The notes: generated by a model not told the origin, from the letters alone. A DNA stretch of 64,000 nucleotides from Williopsis jadinii (GCA_024346625.1 AP024668.1:124001-188000); one strand, 5' to 3'. Numbered from the stretch's first letter, positions 1 through 11,071 are shown. Translations and numbers: made by a program.

Positions 1-1210
1 TTGTGACGAGATACTGGCCAAGGAGCATCACACACGCCGAAATAGCAATACACCATATTCTCTGGGCATTCAGCTTCCGTCTAACCACGTCCGATATCGG
101 GCCTGATGTTAGTCTCCCCAGGAAGCTTGCCAATGCGATGGTGGAGACTTGAACGGCTTGCACATCACCGACTGATAGCTTGGAGTTTGGATCAGACTGC
201 TTGAGGACCACGATGATATAACCGACACTGTAGATGTACATCTGGCCAATGCCCATCATGAACCCCAAGATTAAATAAAACTTGAAGAATACCCTTGAAA
301 AGATGGCCTTTGTCAAGTGATGATCCCATATTGGAGAGCCTTCACGGACGAAAACTGGTGTATCTTCAACGGCAACGTAGATGGCATCACTATCCGCTCT
401 AACATGCTTGGGCAATTGCACTAGGGGTCTTTGCATCTGGTCCAAGGAAAGTGTACTCGAGGATCTTGGAGTACCCCATAAACTGAAGATACGAGCAATA
501 CTCTGTCTTCGGCTCCCGTTAGGTGATCCTGTGCCAAACAGAGAAGATGTTGAGCCCGAACGTAGCAGAGGATCCTGCTCACCAACTGCCGTATTACGAT
601 CCTTTGGGGTTTTCTTATGCTTCTTCTTATCAACAATCTGTAAAAAGTACGCACATCCAATACAAACACAAGGTGTGAAGATGTAAAAGAATTTGAGTAA
701 GCCTGCAGTGTCATCTTTGAAGAATCTCACATTCACATAGGAGAAGATCAACGATGCCACTGCATAGGCAGCAACCGGCAGTGCGCCGGCACTTCCACGG
801 TGATGAGGCCAATTTGCAGTGGTACATTTGATTGTTGAGTAGAAACTCAGAATGGATGCAAACCCAGAGATGGCCAACGCAACCATCAATAGAAAGACGT
901 CGTTGTTGGCATCGACATAACACTTGTGCAAAATATAAAACGCCACAGCCGTCAACAGCCCACCCAGCACTGACGCGAACTGTGGGCCCAGTGAATCAAT
1001 GGTGATACCAGCGGGCAGACCACCAAGGGGACCGCCCAAACTCAACGCGGTGGACAGCGTAGCAGCTTGGTCCGCGCTGAGGCCTGTCTGTTTCACCAGC
1101 TGTGGTGCAAAGATGGAGAACACATAAGGGGTTCCTGAAGCCACGGCGATGAGCACAGCACTCACGAGCGCCAGCACTCGTGGTTGAATAGGAGCGTTCT
1201 CAAACGGCAT
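1..1210 (-). CDS. MFS transporter (nodulin-like/MCH1/YMR155W-type); 3' end runs off the window
   Basis: Not in ORF track. Hand translation from ATG at 1210: MPFENAPIQPRVLALVSAVLIAVASGTPYVFSIFAPQLVKQTGLSADQAATLSTALSLGGPLGGLPAGITIDSLGPQ..., a typical N-terminal MFS helix pattern (SGTPYxFSxxAPQL, GxxxDxxG). TATATAAG on the minus strand at 1471-1478. Confidence 0.85.
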   Translation of the reverse strand, partial: MPFENAPIQPRVLALVSAVLIAVASGTPYVFSIFAPQLVKQTGLSADQAATLSTALSLGGPLGGLPAGITIDSLGPQFASVLGGLLTAVAFYILHKCYVDANNDVFLLMVALAISGFASILSFYSTIKCTTANWPHHRGSAGALPVAAYAVASLIFSYVNVRFFKDDTAGLLKFFYIFTPCVCIGCAYFLQIVDKKKHKKTPKDRNTAVGEQDPLLRSGSTSSLFGTGSPNGSRRQSIARIFSLWGTPRSSSTLSLDQMQRPLVQLPKHVRADSDAIYVAVEDTPVFVREGSPIWDHHLTKAIFSRVFFKFYLILGFMMGIGQMYIYSVGYIIVVLKQSDPNSKLSVGDVQAVQVSTIALASFLGRLTSGPISDVVRRKLNAQRIWCIAISACVMLLGQYLVT

Positions 1211-1246
1211 GATGTGTTTCTGGAGACAAACGTTCAGTATTGTTGG

Positions 1247-1462
1247 AGGAGGCTCTATAGTGGAGGCTCTATAGTCAAAGCTCAGCACTCAAAGCTCAGC
1301 ACTCAAAGCTCAGCAGTCAAAGCTCAGCAGTCAAAGATCAGCACTCAAAGCTCAGTCAAAGCTCTATAATCAAAGATCAACACTTCAAGCTCAGCACTCA
1401 AAGATCAGCACTCAAAGATCAACACTCAAGCCCAGCACTCAGCAGCCAAGATCAACGTTCAA
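1247..1462. repeat. 14-bp minisatellite, about 14 imperfect copies of TCAAAGCTCAGCAC
   Basis: Visible directly: gctcagcac/gctcagcag/gatcagcac/gatcaacac/gctctatag units separated by tcaaa. Confidence 0.95.
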
Positions 1463-1789
1463 AACACGACCTTATATACAGGCTCCAACCCCCTTTGTTT
1501 ACATCAACAAGCGCTTGCGATAAAGAGCGCAATTAATATCGCAACTTTGGCGCTGTGGCGCCCACCGGATTCGGTAATGTCCGATGGGGAGCTTATCAGG
1601 AAACTCTAAAGTACGAAACATCCAAACACCACATATAACCACAGCGTTGATTCTATAGGCCGATGAGCCATAAACTATGTACGAGGAGGACTCCTGGTCA
1701 GTTGCTTCCATTGGATTGCTTGAACTGGGGTTGCTGAGAGCAATGCGCCTGTATGGAGCAAAAGCTCACGTGAGGCTTGGGACAATGGA

Positions 1790-4700
1790 TCATTCGATAC
1801 AGCAAGTCGCATATGCATGGACGAGGACCGCGGTGGCCGTTTGGATATTCATAGATCTGATCACCCCGACTTGTCTAATCTCGACACACCAGTCGAGCTC
1901 TGCGAGTAGGTCACCTGGGATGCCTTCGGCCTCCTTACCGAGTAGGAACAGCGACTTCTTCGGGAAGGTGGTGTCTCTACCGAGCACAATGGACTTATCC
2001 GTCTGCTCGAGTCCAATCAGCGTATACCCTTCTTTCTTCTTCTCCCTCATGAAATGGGCAATGTCCTCGATCTTCACCTCTTCCATTGGCATCCAATAGT
2101 CCGCAGTGACAGCAACATTCTTGAATTGCGGGTGTGACTTGACCCTCAGGTCATCAACAGTCATGCATCCGGCACCAAGGACATCACAGAGACGGCAGAT
2201 ACCTCCCAGGTTTGGTGGTTTGTCCACAAGTGAGCTCACGACTATCAAGTCACTTCTCTTTACAACCCTGGCATTTTCGTCAATGTCAAGCACAGACTCC
2301 CATGCTCCGCTCTTTGTCTGCAATGGGGACGCTTGTGCCTCAGTGGTGGTTGCTGTAGCCTTATCAGAATTCTCCGACGCACTCCATCTTGGATGCTTTG
2401 CTTCTCCAATAGGCACACTTAACGACTCCTTGTCATTGATGTACAACTCGAATTCATCTTTGGTGATAACGTCATACTCTCTTGGTGAGATACGACAAAG
2501 GACTCCTCCAAAGATGGAAATCAAGTTGAAGTCTTCGTAAACGTCCCATAATAAGGCATCACCGGTTCTATACTTACCGGTGATCTCTGATTTCTTAGCC
2601 TCTTCAAACAGACACTTCAAGATATCGTTAACGGGTAGTTTCAACCCCTTTGATTCAATTTCTGGGTATAACGACAAGATCAGAGAGTTTGAGAAATGTC
2701 TAACAAGAGGCTTGTTAGAAGCACAGTTAGGAATCAATTTTTGGGTAAACTCATCAAAGAATTGGAAACGCTCATCTCCTGTCAATTTCTGTGAAACGAG
2801 AAATCCAATTCTTTCAGAGGATGTAACAAGGGTTGGTTTACCTTGATCTTCGAATAAGTTGAACAAAGTGGATCTGTTTGTCGCACTCCTTATGATATTG
2901 ATTGAGCATATCCACTCCATATATGCTCTGATCCATGGACTGGACTCCTTCTCCAATTTGCTCAAGAGCAACTGCACCGAGGAATCGAGTAATTCACACG
3001 AAACTTTCATAGAAAGAAGTAATAGCGATGCAAATGCATAGACTCTTTGTAGCTCTTCGGTACCATCGGTTCTTTTCTTTGCAACAACAAAACGATCAAG
3101 GAGTCTTTGCCAATAAGAATCACAGAATGTTGAGGAAACTTTACAAAGAATACTCACAATATTAACCTTGGTCGAAATCTCTTGAGGTCCATAGACTTTT
3201 GAGTACAGATCACCAGTGCCCATAGATAGTTCAGTGTCATATTTAGAAGCAAGCACATTCTTAATCCGAAACATGTTAGTGTTGTCTTGAATCAAGGTTA
3301 AAAGGTTGATGATCAGCTCAGGAATCCATTCAGTAACCTCAAAATCAGATGGAAACGCCCTTTGATATTGTAATAACTTCAAAGAAAGACGTGGTAGAAG
3401 ACATCTTCTCGTTTGGGAAACTGAAATAATCTCATTGCCAATCTTTAGAATCATCTTTGCATTGAACTCATTGTTTATCGAATCCCTCAACAATTTCTGA
3501 TCAAATAAGGTGTCAATGAATGTCAAGTGCATCTCCCTTTGGGAGAGGATTAATCTCTCTGCAGTGATCTGGTCCCAAATTGATTCTAAGATGTCCATCG
3601 ATGATATGAGGTCAACATCGTCATAACTTTTAAACAAAAGCTGTAGAACTAGACAAGTTGATGTGTATGCCTTAAACACACCGTTCTTCAACTCCAAGGT
3701 GAGGATTTCCAACACTCTAGCCACTTGGTTTGAGGATACTGGGATCATCTTCAGAAATGCTAAGATAATGTTGATGAATGCAGATGACACCACATCTTTA
3801 TCTTTGAAGTCTAGCTTCAAAGATGTCAACGCAGTATAAAGCTCCTCAATTTGCTCAAATTGGAAAAACTGGACTTCAGAACAGTCAGAAACTTTTGCAA
3901 ATATAGCACTAAAGAACACCAATTTATCAATAGAAAGATCTTTCAACACAGATTTGTAAAGTGCATCCAGTTTAACAGATCCCCAACTGTTCTTAAACAT
4001 ATCCAATTGCACTAAATGTGTAGTATTGGAGTAATCAAGCGCCTCTCCTTGGACCAATGAGCTCAAATACTCGCTGAATGATGTTGTCAGCTTTGAATCG
4101 AGCTCAATCCCACTCTTCGCTAGGCCCTTCAGGAAATCATCTGATAACGAGTATTGGTTAAACAGAGAATAATAAATCACTTGGAATTCAACTTCCCTTG
4201 TGGCAAATGCCACATCAACGTTGCTGCAGTACATGGAAACGTAATCGTGGAAGAATTCAATATTCTCCATGTATAACTCATATCCATTGTATTGCACAAA
4301 CCTTGTTAATGTCTCCAACAGCAACGGGATATCCGGCATGAGATGCTTCACCAGACGAAGGTGCACGGTTTGTAAGGCAATCTCACATACATCATCCTCC
4401 GCAGTGGATTCAAACAGTTTATGCAAATCCTGTGCCATTGATGAGTCCAATACATGTAGGCCCTTGAGCCCCTTCAACAAACCAGATGCCAAGTAGAATC
4501 TCGAAGGAGCATATGTGGTTGTGATGTTTGCCAGTAAAGCCATGATATTTCTAACCACTGATTCCAGTTGAGCTGCTGACTTCTTCAAAGATCTTATGAC
4601 ATTTGAGATGAAGCGTTCCAATCTTTCACCGTACTCGCATTGGAACGTACTCTGGACTTTCTTCACCTGGAAATGAGAACCTTCCAGTGCGTATTTCAAA

Positions 4701-5818
4701 AAGATTGAGGTTAAGAAATCGTGAGCAAAGATAGATAGGTCCTTTCCTGGAACAGAGTACATCAACTCGAGGGAATACTTACGCACTGCTTCCATGTTAC
4801 CTTTGAATCCAGTGCATAACAAGGCTAAGCCCCAAGACGGTTTGATTCTTGAGCTTGTAGAGAGCAATTGTACAATATCTCCCTGGGCAGCTATTGCTTG
4901 GTTCAGTGCAGTATCAACACCGACGATTTCGTACAGAGTGCAGAACCTCTTCCAATCTTCCTGGATCTCAGCTTTCCGGTCAATGTGAAACGATATCAAG
5001 TTGTTATCCACGTTCGTGCTGAGGAGTTGAATGGACAGCTTTAGAATGGATAAGCAGTATTTTCTATGCTCATGGACGCTGCTTGTCAGCCCTTCCTGGA
5101 TCCACTGCCAATACTCATCAGTCTGAATGACTGTGTTCAAAGCCTTTGACTGTGTATTGTTCTTTGATGTGCTGATCATGAATCTCAGCCACAGGATAAA
5201 GCCACCCGTGACGTGATAGTCCTTCGAGGAGTTTATCAACAAGGGGATAACGTCCCATGTGAAGCGCTGTAGCTCCTCGTCCGCAACGTTTCTCCATCTC
5301 AGCACTTTGGTTGCCCTAAGTGTTGTTTGCTCGTTCAAAACACACAGTGTAAATATCACCAGTTTATCCAGTTGTGACGTTCCAACGGTGCACCCCAGGG
5401 AGTACACCTTCTCCAGGAACATGAGGGTGTTCTCTAGAGAGAAGTCTGGCTCGACGTCTGAACCGCTATGCTGTTCGAATTCAGCATCAAACAACTTCAC
5501 GGAATCCGGCGCAAGCACCATGTTCCTTCTCTGAGACAAGTACGAAAGAATCAGGCTCCCAGAACGGTTCAACACGTTCAGCATTGACTTGGGGATCTTC
5601 ACCAGCAGCCTGATGAGCTCGTCAGAGCTCCCGCTCAGGTCCTCAACGAGTGAACCCTCCACCGTGGATCCAATCTTCCCAACCAGCGCCTCATCGTCAA
5701 AGGTATCGAGAAGCTCGATAAGACCTTGGACGTTTTGCTGGTTCGACAAGTCACTCAAGAGCTCTTCACACACCCTCTTTCTCTGGTCATCGCTGAGGAA
5801 GCGGATGATACTCGACAT
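1790..5818 (-). CDS. TRM3: tRNA (guanosine-18 2'-O)-methyltransferase
   Basis: 1342 aa; C-terminal SpoU/SPOUT domain (LVDKPPNLGGICRLCD...LLGKEAEGIP...IRSMNIQTA) after a long helical N-terminus. Confidence 0.95.
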   Translation of the reverse strand: MSSIIRFLSDDQRKRVCEELLSDLSNQQNVQGLIELLDTFDDEALVGKIGSTVEGSLVEDLSGSSDELIRLLVKIPKSMLNVLNRSGSLILSYLSQRRNMVLAPDSVKLFDAEFEQHSGSDVEPDFSLENTLMFLEKVYSLGCTVGTSQLDKLVIFTLCVLNEQTTLRATKVLRWRNVADEELQRFTWDVIPLLINSSKDYHVTGGFILWLRFMISTSKNNTQSKALNTVIQTDEYWQWIQEGLTSSVHEHRKYCLSILKLSIQLLSTNVDNNLISFHIDRKAEIQEDWKRFCTLYEIVGVDTALNQAIAAQGDIVQLLSTSSRIKPSWGLALLCTGFKGNMEAVRKYSLELMYSVPGKDLSIFAHDFLTSIFLKYALEGSHFQVKKVQSTFQCEYGERLERFISNVIRSLKKSAAQLESVVRNIMALLANITTTYAPSRFYLASGLLKGLKGLHVLDSSMAQDLHKLFESTAEDDVCEIALQTVHLRLVKHLMPDIPLLLETLTRFVQYNGYELYMENIEFFHDYVSMYCSNVDVAFATREVEFQVIYYSLFNQYSLSDDFLKGLAKSGIELDSKLTTSFSEYLSSLVQGEALDYSNTTHLVQLDMFKNSWGSVKLDALYKSVLKDLSIDKLVFFSAIFAKVSDCSEVQFFQFEQIEELYTALTSLKLDFKDKDVVSSAFINIILAFLKMIPVSSNQVARVLEILTLELKNGVFKAYTSTCLVLQLLFKSYDDVDLISSMDILESIWDQITAERLILSQREMHLTFIDTLFDQKLLRDSINNEFNAKMILKIGNEIISVSQTRRCLLPRLSLKLLQYQRAFPSDFEVTEWIPELIINLLTLIQDNTNMFRIKNVLASKYDTELSMGTGDLYSKVYGPQEISTKVNIVSILCKVSSTFCDSYWQRLLDRFVVAKKRTDGTEELQRVYAFASLLLLSMKVSCELLDSSVQLLLSKLEKESSPWIRAYMEWICSINIIRSATNRSTLFNLFEDQGKPTLVTSSERIGFLVSQKLTGDERFQFFDEFTQKLIPNCASNKPLVRHFSNSLILSLYPEIESKGLKLPVNDILKCLFEEAKKSEITGKYRTGDALLWDVYEDFNLISIFGGVLCRISPREYDVITKDEFELYINDKESLSVPIGEAKHPRWSASENSDKATATTTEAQASPLQTKSGAWESVLDIDENARVVKRSDLIVVSSLVDKPPNLGGICRLCDVLGAGCMTVDDLRVKSHPQFKNVAVTADYWMPMEEVKIEDIAHFMREKKKEGYTLIGLEQTDKSIVLGRDTTFPKKSLFLLGKEAEGIPGDLLAELDWCVEIRQVGVIRSMNIQTATAVLVHAYATCCIE

Positions 5819-5847
5819 CGTCTACACTTAATACCTAGGGCTCTGTT

Positions 5848-5891
5848 GATGAGATGAGATGAGCTCATCCTCGAGCCCAGCTGAAAAAATT
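5848..5891. promoter_or_regulatory. PAC (GATGAG x3 plus CTCATC) and RRPE-like (TGAAAAAATT) elements upstream of TRM3
   Basis: gatgagatgagatgagctcatc at 5848-5869 and tgaaaaaatt at 5882-5891; fits the ribosome-biogenesis regulon. Confidence 0.75.
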
Positions 5892-6041
5892 CATTCTGTG
5901 TGTGCCCCGTGACCGATTCTCCTCCAGGGGGGGAGGTCAGCCTGTGTGGGCTTAAGCAAGGCTCACCAACACCTCTTCACTTTGTCCTTGGAAGGAGTGG
6001 ACAAGTCTGGCTGTGTTGAGCTATCAATTGAGTGAAGAACA

Positions 6042-7715
6042 ATGGCTGACGAAGATAACAGTCCGTTTGCAGAGCCCTGTGTGGATGAGTTCACTGATCT
6101 GCCTATCAATAACGATGAGGATGAAGGGAGTAGAGGTGAGGCCGATACCTCCAATGTGGAGGGAGACGAGGCCCATGATGACACCACTACGATTACTACT
6201 ACTACTACCACCGCTGGTGCTGGCATAATTGACGAGGCGACTACTGCCGTGGTTGATAAGCCGAGTGCAGTGACCGGCACTGTGGCTTACAACCCTGAGT
6301 TGTATTCCTCGACACATCAGCACTCGTTTGGTGATAAGGACGGTGTCAAGGTTGAGATCATCGATGCCGGTAAGAGTCGAGAGGGGCAAAGCAGAGGATA
6401 TATAGTGTATACAATCAGCTGCAACGACCAGATTGTCAGAAGACGGTACTCAGAGTTCGAGTCGTTGAGGAATTCGTTGTTGAGGCTGTTTCCGACGCTG
6501 GTGATTCCTCCAATACCTGAGAAGCATGCCATTGCTAAGTACGCCACTGCGCCAACAAAGGCCAAAGAGGACGCTTCCATAATTGAGCACAGACGTCGTA
6601 TGCTTTCGGTGTTTCTCAAGAGATGTTTGAACATCGCGCAGGTCCGTGAATGCTCTGTCTTCCAGAGCTTTCTGGATCCGAACTCCAATTGGAGCGAGGT
6701 GCTGACTTCATCACCACTCTCTGATATTCCAAAGAACATCCTTCAGGCAGACCCGTTGGACCCTGCCAACTCATCCGCAGCGCACTCTTACCTGCCAGTT
6801 CCATCAACCTCTGTTGTGTTTGTCCGGGAGAATGAAGAAGATCGTAAGTTTAATGCTGTTGAGAACAACGCTAGAGAGTACGAAACAGTCATCTCTGGTG
6901 GTGTGGAAAAGGTCAACAAGAGAGTTATGAAACATCTGGGTGATTTGTCCGATGAATTTTCAGAAGCTGGTGGTGTGTTTAACGCATTCAGCTTACAGGA
7001 GTCCTCTGAATTGGCCCCCACTATGGAAAAATTGGGACAAATCCATGATAACTCGTACCTCTCCACTGAAACATTGGTGAACTCTTTGAACTTTGAATTC
7101 TGTGAACCACTAGGTGAGTCCGTACAGTTTGCCAGTGTTGTCAAGGAATTGCTCAAGTTTCGACAGCAGAAGTCTCTTCAAAGGGACATCACAGCTCGAT
7201 CCTTGAAACATCGTTTAAACTACTTGAAGTTGTTAGAAAAGGCTGAGGAAGAGTCTCAAAAGATTGATAAAGCATTACAAGCTGGACAATCCAAGACAGG
7301 GCAAATCAACTTTGACCGTAAGGCAGCACAACGACAAGAAGAAGAAAGACTACGGCAAGAGATGGGGGACACAACCCCATTGCAGCCAAAGAAGCAGTCC
7401 ATGTTCAAGATCCCTGGAATCTCCAAGATCTCCAGCATGATCAAAGAGTCCATGGAGTCCGATTCCGAGGCCTCGAGACAGGCCAACGTCACGAAGACCA
7501 AGGAGTTCATCAACCAGTTGAGACAAACATACGCAGCTGCAGATAAAGACCTCAAATCGGTGACACTATCTGTAACGTCAGAGATTGAAAAGTTCCACGA
7601 GGAGAAGGACAAAGAGCTGGAGGAAATGATATTGGCATACACGCGTGCCTTATTAGACTGGTCACGTAAGAACTTGGAGTTCTGGGAAGAGGTGAAAACG
7701 CTTCAGCAGTCTTAG
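6042..7715 (+). CDS. PX-BAR sorting nexin (Snx41/Atg20 family)
   Basis: PX motifs VRRRYSEFESLR, LVIPPIPEKH and IEHRRRML; coiled-coil BAR C-terminus ending KNLEFWEE. ATG20 neighbours TRM3 in S. cerevisiae; paralog assignment is uncertain. Confidence 0.9.
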   Translation: MADEDNSPFAEPCVDEFTDLPINNDEDEGSRGEADTSNVEGDEAHDDTTTITTTTTTAGAGIIDEATTAVVDKPSAVTGTVAYNPELYSSTHQHSFGDKDGVKVEIIDAGKSREGQSRGYIVYTISCNDQIVRRRYSEFESLRNSLLRLFPTLVIPPIPEKHAIAKYATAPTKAKEDASIIEHRRRMLSVFLKRCLNIAQVRECSVFQSFLDPNSNWSEVLTSSPLSDIPKNILQADPLDPANSSAAHSYLPVPSTSVVFVRENEEDRKFNAVENNAREYETVISGGVEKVNKRVMKHLGDLSDEFSEAGGVFNAFSLQESSELAPTMEKLGQIHDNSYLSTETLVNSLNFEFCEPLGESVQFASVVKELLKFRQQKSLQRDITARSLKHRLNYLKLLEKAEEESQKIDKALQAGQSKTGQINFDRKAAQRQEEERLRQEMGDTTPLQPKKQSMFKIPGISKISSMIKESMESDSEASRQANVTKTKEFINQLRQTYAAADKDLKSVTLSVTSEIEKFHEEKDKELEEMILAYTRALLDWSRKNLEFWEEVKTLQQS

Positions 7716-7932
7716 AACGGTAATCGCTGGCTTCTTCCTCGCCTTCAGCTATGGATACCTGGAGATTCGCCATCCAACCTAGAATCTCTCTACGAGTATA
7801 ACCATAGGCCTCCATGTCTATATATATATAACCATCTGGTGTCCGGGTGTGTATCTTGTCGCCCTGGAAACGCAAGTCCCTTTTAAAGTTCCCTTTGTAT
7901 GTTTTTAGTATACTTATCTCCGAGGCAACGCC

Positions 7933-7958
7933 TATTTACCATTTGCCCAATCGGGAAA
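7933..7958. promoter_or_regulatory. Forkhead + Mcm1 composite site (CLB2-cluster type) upstream of CYK3
   Basis: TATTTAC (GTAAATA reversed) at 7933-7939 next to TTTGCCCAATCGGGAAA (CC-N6-GG at 7946-7955); CYK3 is a G2/M gene. Confidence 0.65.
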
Positions 7959-8195
7959 CATCTGGCCAGTGCAGGCTTCCACTAAGGCATCACAGAACTT
8001 CGAAACCTTGGACCTGAAACAAAGCAGGCATTATGAGATACTTCAAGAAAAAACCAGTCAGATCTGAAGTAGATCTTCCTTCCTTATCCTTCTTCTCTTT
8101 CAAGCGCAAAGTAGCTCCAAATCAAGCGTCAATTGGCCCAGGCAAGAGAGGTTTCACACATTTGTTTGAAGAACAACGGTCAGCAAGCCCAGCCA

Positions 8196-10811
8196 ATGAC
8201 ACTGACCTCTCCTCCTCCTCCGGTTCCGTTCAGAGTGAGAACCATCTACTCGTGGGGCGGTTCTGAAGAGGATGACCTTGGGTTTATCGAGGGAGACATC
8301 ATCGAAGTTGACGACCTGGGCGATGGGAACTGGTGGCATGGACGGTTGAGGAGAAACAAGATGGCCGGTAACTTCCCTTCCAACTACGTTGAGATCATCA
8401 GAGTACCGATACCGACCTCCTCAGTGACGCCATCTGCTGGATCTCCAGCCACCGTGAAGTCACATGGCAGATCAACGTCACCGTCGTCGCCGTACTCAAA
8501 GTCGTCGTACTCAAAGTCACGGATGGCACGAAGCACAAGGCTCCAAGACATCCACCGTGAGAACTCGCAGGAGGACGACTCTGAGATGCAATTCAGCTTC
8601 CAATCGTCCCAGAAGTACTACAAGAACCCTAAGGTCACACAATCGTCAGACAAGTTCATCCAATCGTCCAATATCTCGTCAAACTACGAGCTTCCACACT
8701 CACGTTCAGTTCCAACACATCTCCCACTGGAAAGAGGATACACGCATCAGCCACGTAGAGGCTCCAGGGAGCCTTCTCCTCCATTGGCACAATCAGCAGC
8801 ACCCAGAGGCTATAGCTACGGTCCTTCTGCACCTCCCATCCCACAACATTCTGTGCCAGTGAAGTCCAAGTCTTCTATGAACCTGCCCACGATTCAGAGA
8901 CACGCATCACCACCTGAAGTACCAGTGAAAGACTCCTTCAGTAGAAGTGGGAACACGAGACAGCCCCAGCAGCCTTCACAGGAGTTTGTTCTTCCATATG
9001 ACCCTGAAACGTTAAACCAGTCCAAATCTGCGTCTGGCTCCCAGTGTTCTAATGTCTTTAGTTACTCCAACGGTTCATACTTCACTGATTCTCAAAGCTC
9101 AAGCCAGAGTACTTTCGCCATGAGTGATTTCAGTGCCACCAGTGCAGGCTCATATTCAAGACACAAGTGGGAAGAGCAGCAGAGGGCATCTGCCAAGTCG
9201 CAGTCCTTGAATACCAGTGCGAGTGGTAATAATCTGCTTGTTGATGACAAGAAGATTAAACACTCTGGTGGAATCCTCAAGAAGTTCTTTTCTACAAAGG
9301 ATGCACCACCGTTGCCTTCTATGGAGCAAATGACAAGGACTGTTAACGATTTGGCAGTCAACGACGAGAAGATGAACTCGTGGATTGAATTTAAGATCGA
9401 TCTCAACAGGGCCAACTCGCTCAGTGCCAAAGAACGCCAGGTGAGGGAGAAAAGGGTTAGAGAGAATGAAGGATACATCATCTTAGAGCCCCATAAGCAG
9501 CTCTCTACGATCAACAGCAACGAGTGCATTGAGACTGATCACAAGATGGACTTGGACTCTATCAGCCTCAAGCACGTTGACAACTTTGTTCGTCAATTGA
9601 AAGTACAAACCAATATCATGTCACCTGATGCCTTCATCACCAACGAATTTGCCATGAAGTTCTCTAGTAAGCTGGAATATCTAAGAGCCTTGTTTGTGCT
9701 GTGTGCGGAAAGCTTCACCATCAAGGAAACAAAGGCAGCTGCTAATAAGGACATTGGCACGAATGTTGATGAGCTGTTCTATCACAAGACAGGGACTCCC
9801 TTTGAGATGGCATATCTTTTCAAATACATGTGCGATTCCATTGGGCTAAAGGCAGAGTTGATCGAGGGGTCTTTGAAGACTCCACGAGCCATCGTTAGAC
9901 ACTTCTGGAACGGTGTTTTGATCAATGGTGAATGGAGACTGATCGATGTCTCTATGGGCAATCTTGCCAACCCAATCTACGATATCTTGCCGAACAAGAC
10001 TGAGGAGTCGAACGAATCCTTCTACTTCCTTGCAGAGCCTCTAAATCTCATCTATACACACATCCCAGATAAGTATGAGCACCAGCACATTATTCCACCG
10101 ATTGACCCTATGGCTGCATTGGCATTACCACCTTGTTTCCCATCCTTTTTCAAGAATGGGTTGAAGATCCACAAGTTCAGCAATGCCCTGACGAGACTTG
10201 AAGGGTTTGAGATCTTTGAGGTTGACCTTAAGATCCCCAAGGACATCGAAGTCAACGCCATCATTACAACGAAATCCGAAGCAGTGAACACGTTGGCACA
10301 GGTGTATTGGAAACATAATGAAAGATACTGTAAGATCAAAGGACACCTACCAGCAAACAGCAGCGTGGGATTTGTGAATATCTTCTCCGGGTTAAGAGGT
10401 GTTCAGAAATCACTACAGAACATCCATCCTTTGTCCATGGTCATTCCAATCACCCATTCTGGAGATTTCAGACCTTTGGACTTTGTCATTCGTTATCCAA
10501 CTGTTCATTCACAGCTCAACGATCTATATATCAAACAACCTCAGAACCTCAACCTGGCGTACGGCGCAGAGTACGTCTTCAGCATCTTGCAACATCCATC
10601 AAAGGGGATAAACCCAAGTGGCAGAACAAAGATAGCATTACAATCACCAAGTGGAAAGATTCATAAATTCGTTAAAAAGGACGACACCACGCCGTTTGGA
10701 ACCTGGGATCTCCCCATCAAGTGCAATGAAACTGGTGTATGGAGAGGCCTGGTCAGCATCGACACCGGTACATCTCTCTGTGTGTTTGCCGAATGGGTGT
10801 GTCAACATTAG
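8196..10811 (+). CDS. CYK3: SH3 + transglutaminase-like cytokinesis protein
   Basis: N-terminal SH3 (IYSWGGSEEDDLGFIEGD...WWHG...GNFPSNYV), MSDFSATSAGS motif and TGase-like HFWNGVLINGEWRLID. First ATG at 8196; the track start is a TTG. Confidence 0.93.
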   Translation: MTLTSPPPPVPFRVRTIYSWGGSEEDDLGFIEGDIIEVDDLGDGNWWHGRLRRNKMAGNFPSNYVEIIRVPIPTSSVTPSAGSPATVKSHGRSTSPSSPYSKSSYSKSRMARSTRLQDIHRENSQEDDSEMQFSFQSSQKYYKNPKVTQSSDKFIQSSNISSNYELPHSRSVPTHLPLERGYTHQPRRGSREPSPPLAQSAAPRGYSYGPSAPPIPQHSVPVKSKSSMNLPTIQRHASPPEVPVKDSFSRSGNTRQPQQPSQEFVLPYDPETLNQSKSASGSQCSNVFSYSNGSYFTDSQSSSQSTFAMSDFSATSAGSYSRHKWEEQQRASAKSQSLNTSASGNNLLVDDKKIKHSGGILKKFFSTKDAPPLPSMEQMTRTVNDLAVNDEKMNSWIEFKIDLNRANSLSAKERQVREKRVRENEGYIILEPHKQLSTINSNECIETDHKMDLDSISLKHVDNFVRQLKVQTNIMSPDAFITNEFAMKFSSKLEYLRALFVLCAESFTIKETKAAANKDIGTNVDELFYHKTGTPFEMAYLFKYMCDSIGLKAELIEGSLKTPRAIVRHFWNGVLINGEWRLIDVSMGNLANPIYDILPNKTEESNESFYFLAEPLNLIYTHIPDKYEHQHIIPPIDPMAALALPPCFPSFFKNGLKIHKFSNALTRLEGFEIFEVDLKIPKDIEVNAIITTKSEAVNTLAQVYWKHNERYCKIKGHLPANSSVGFVNIFSGLRGVQKSLQNIHPLSMVIPITHSGDFRPLDFVIRYPTVHSQLNDLYIKQPQNLNLAYGAEYVFSILQHPSKGINPSGRTKIALQSPSGKIHKFVKKDDTTPFGTWDLPIKCNETGVWRGLVSIDTGTSLCVFAEWVCQH

Positions 10812-11071
10812 TCCCTTTTTTACTACTAATAATACATAATTATAAAGTCATATACGAAATATAAGTATCATTCTAATGTTAGAGGAAAGCAGGTACCTGA
10901 TGAGGATGGTTATGAGAATAATATTATTCTCATAATATAACATAATATAATATAACCGAAGATGCTCATCGGCCTCGAATGTTTAATTCCCCCATCCGTA
11001 GAGAACAATGGTGCCAACCACCCTACAGCCTCAACTGCTCATCCTGTTGAACTGGTGGACCTATAAGAGAC

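Noticed and set aside
1220..1240. 5'-UTR intron in the MFS gene (TACTGAAC...TTTGTCTCCAG)
   Set aside because: Branch site is imperfect and no convincing donor was found.
1247..1462. CRISPR array or coding repeat (ORF 1184-1369)
   Set aside because: No unique spacers, eukaryotic context, and a 14-bp unit does not preserve frame.
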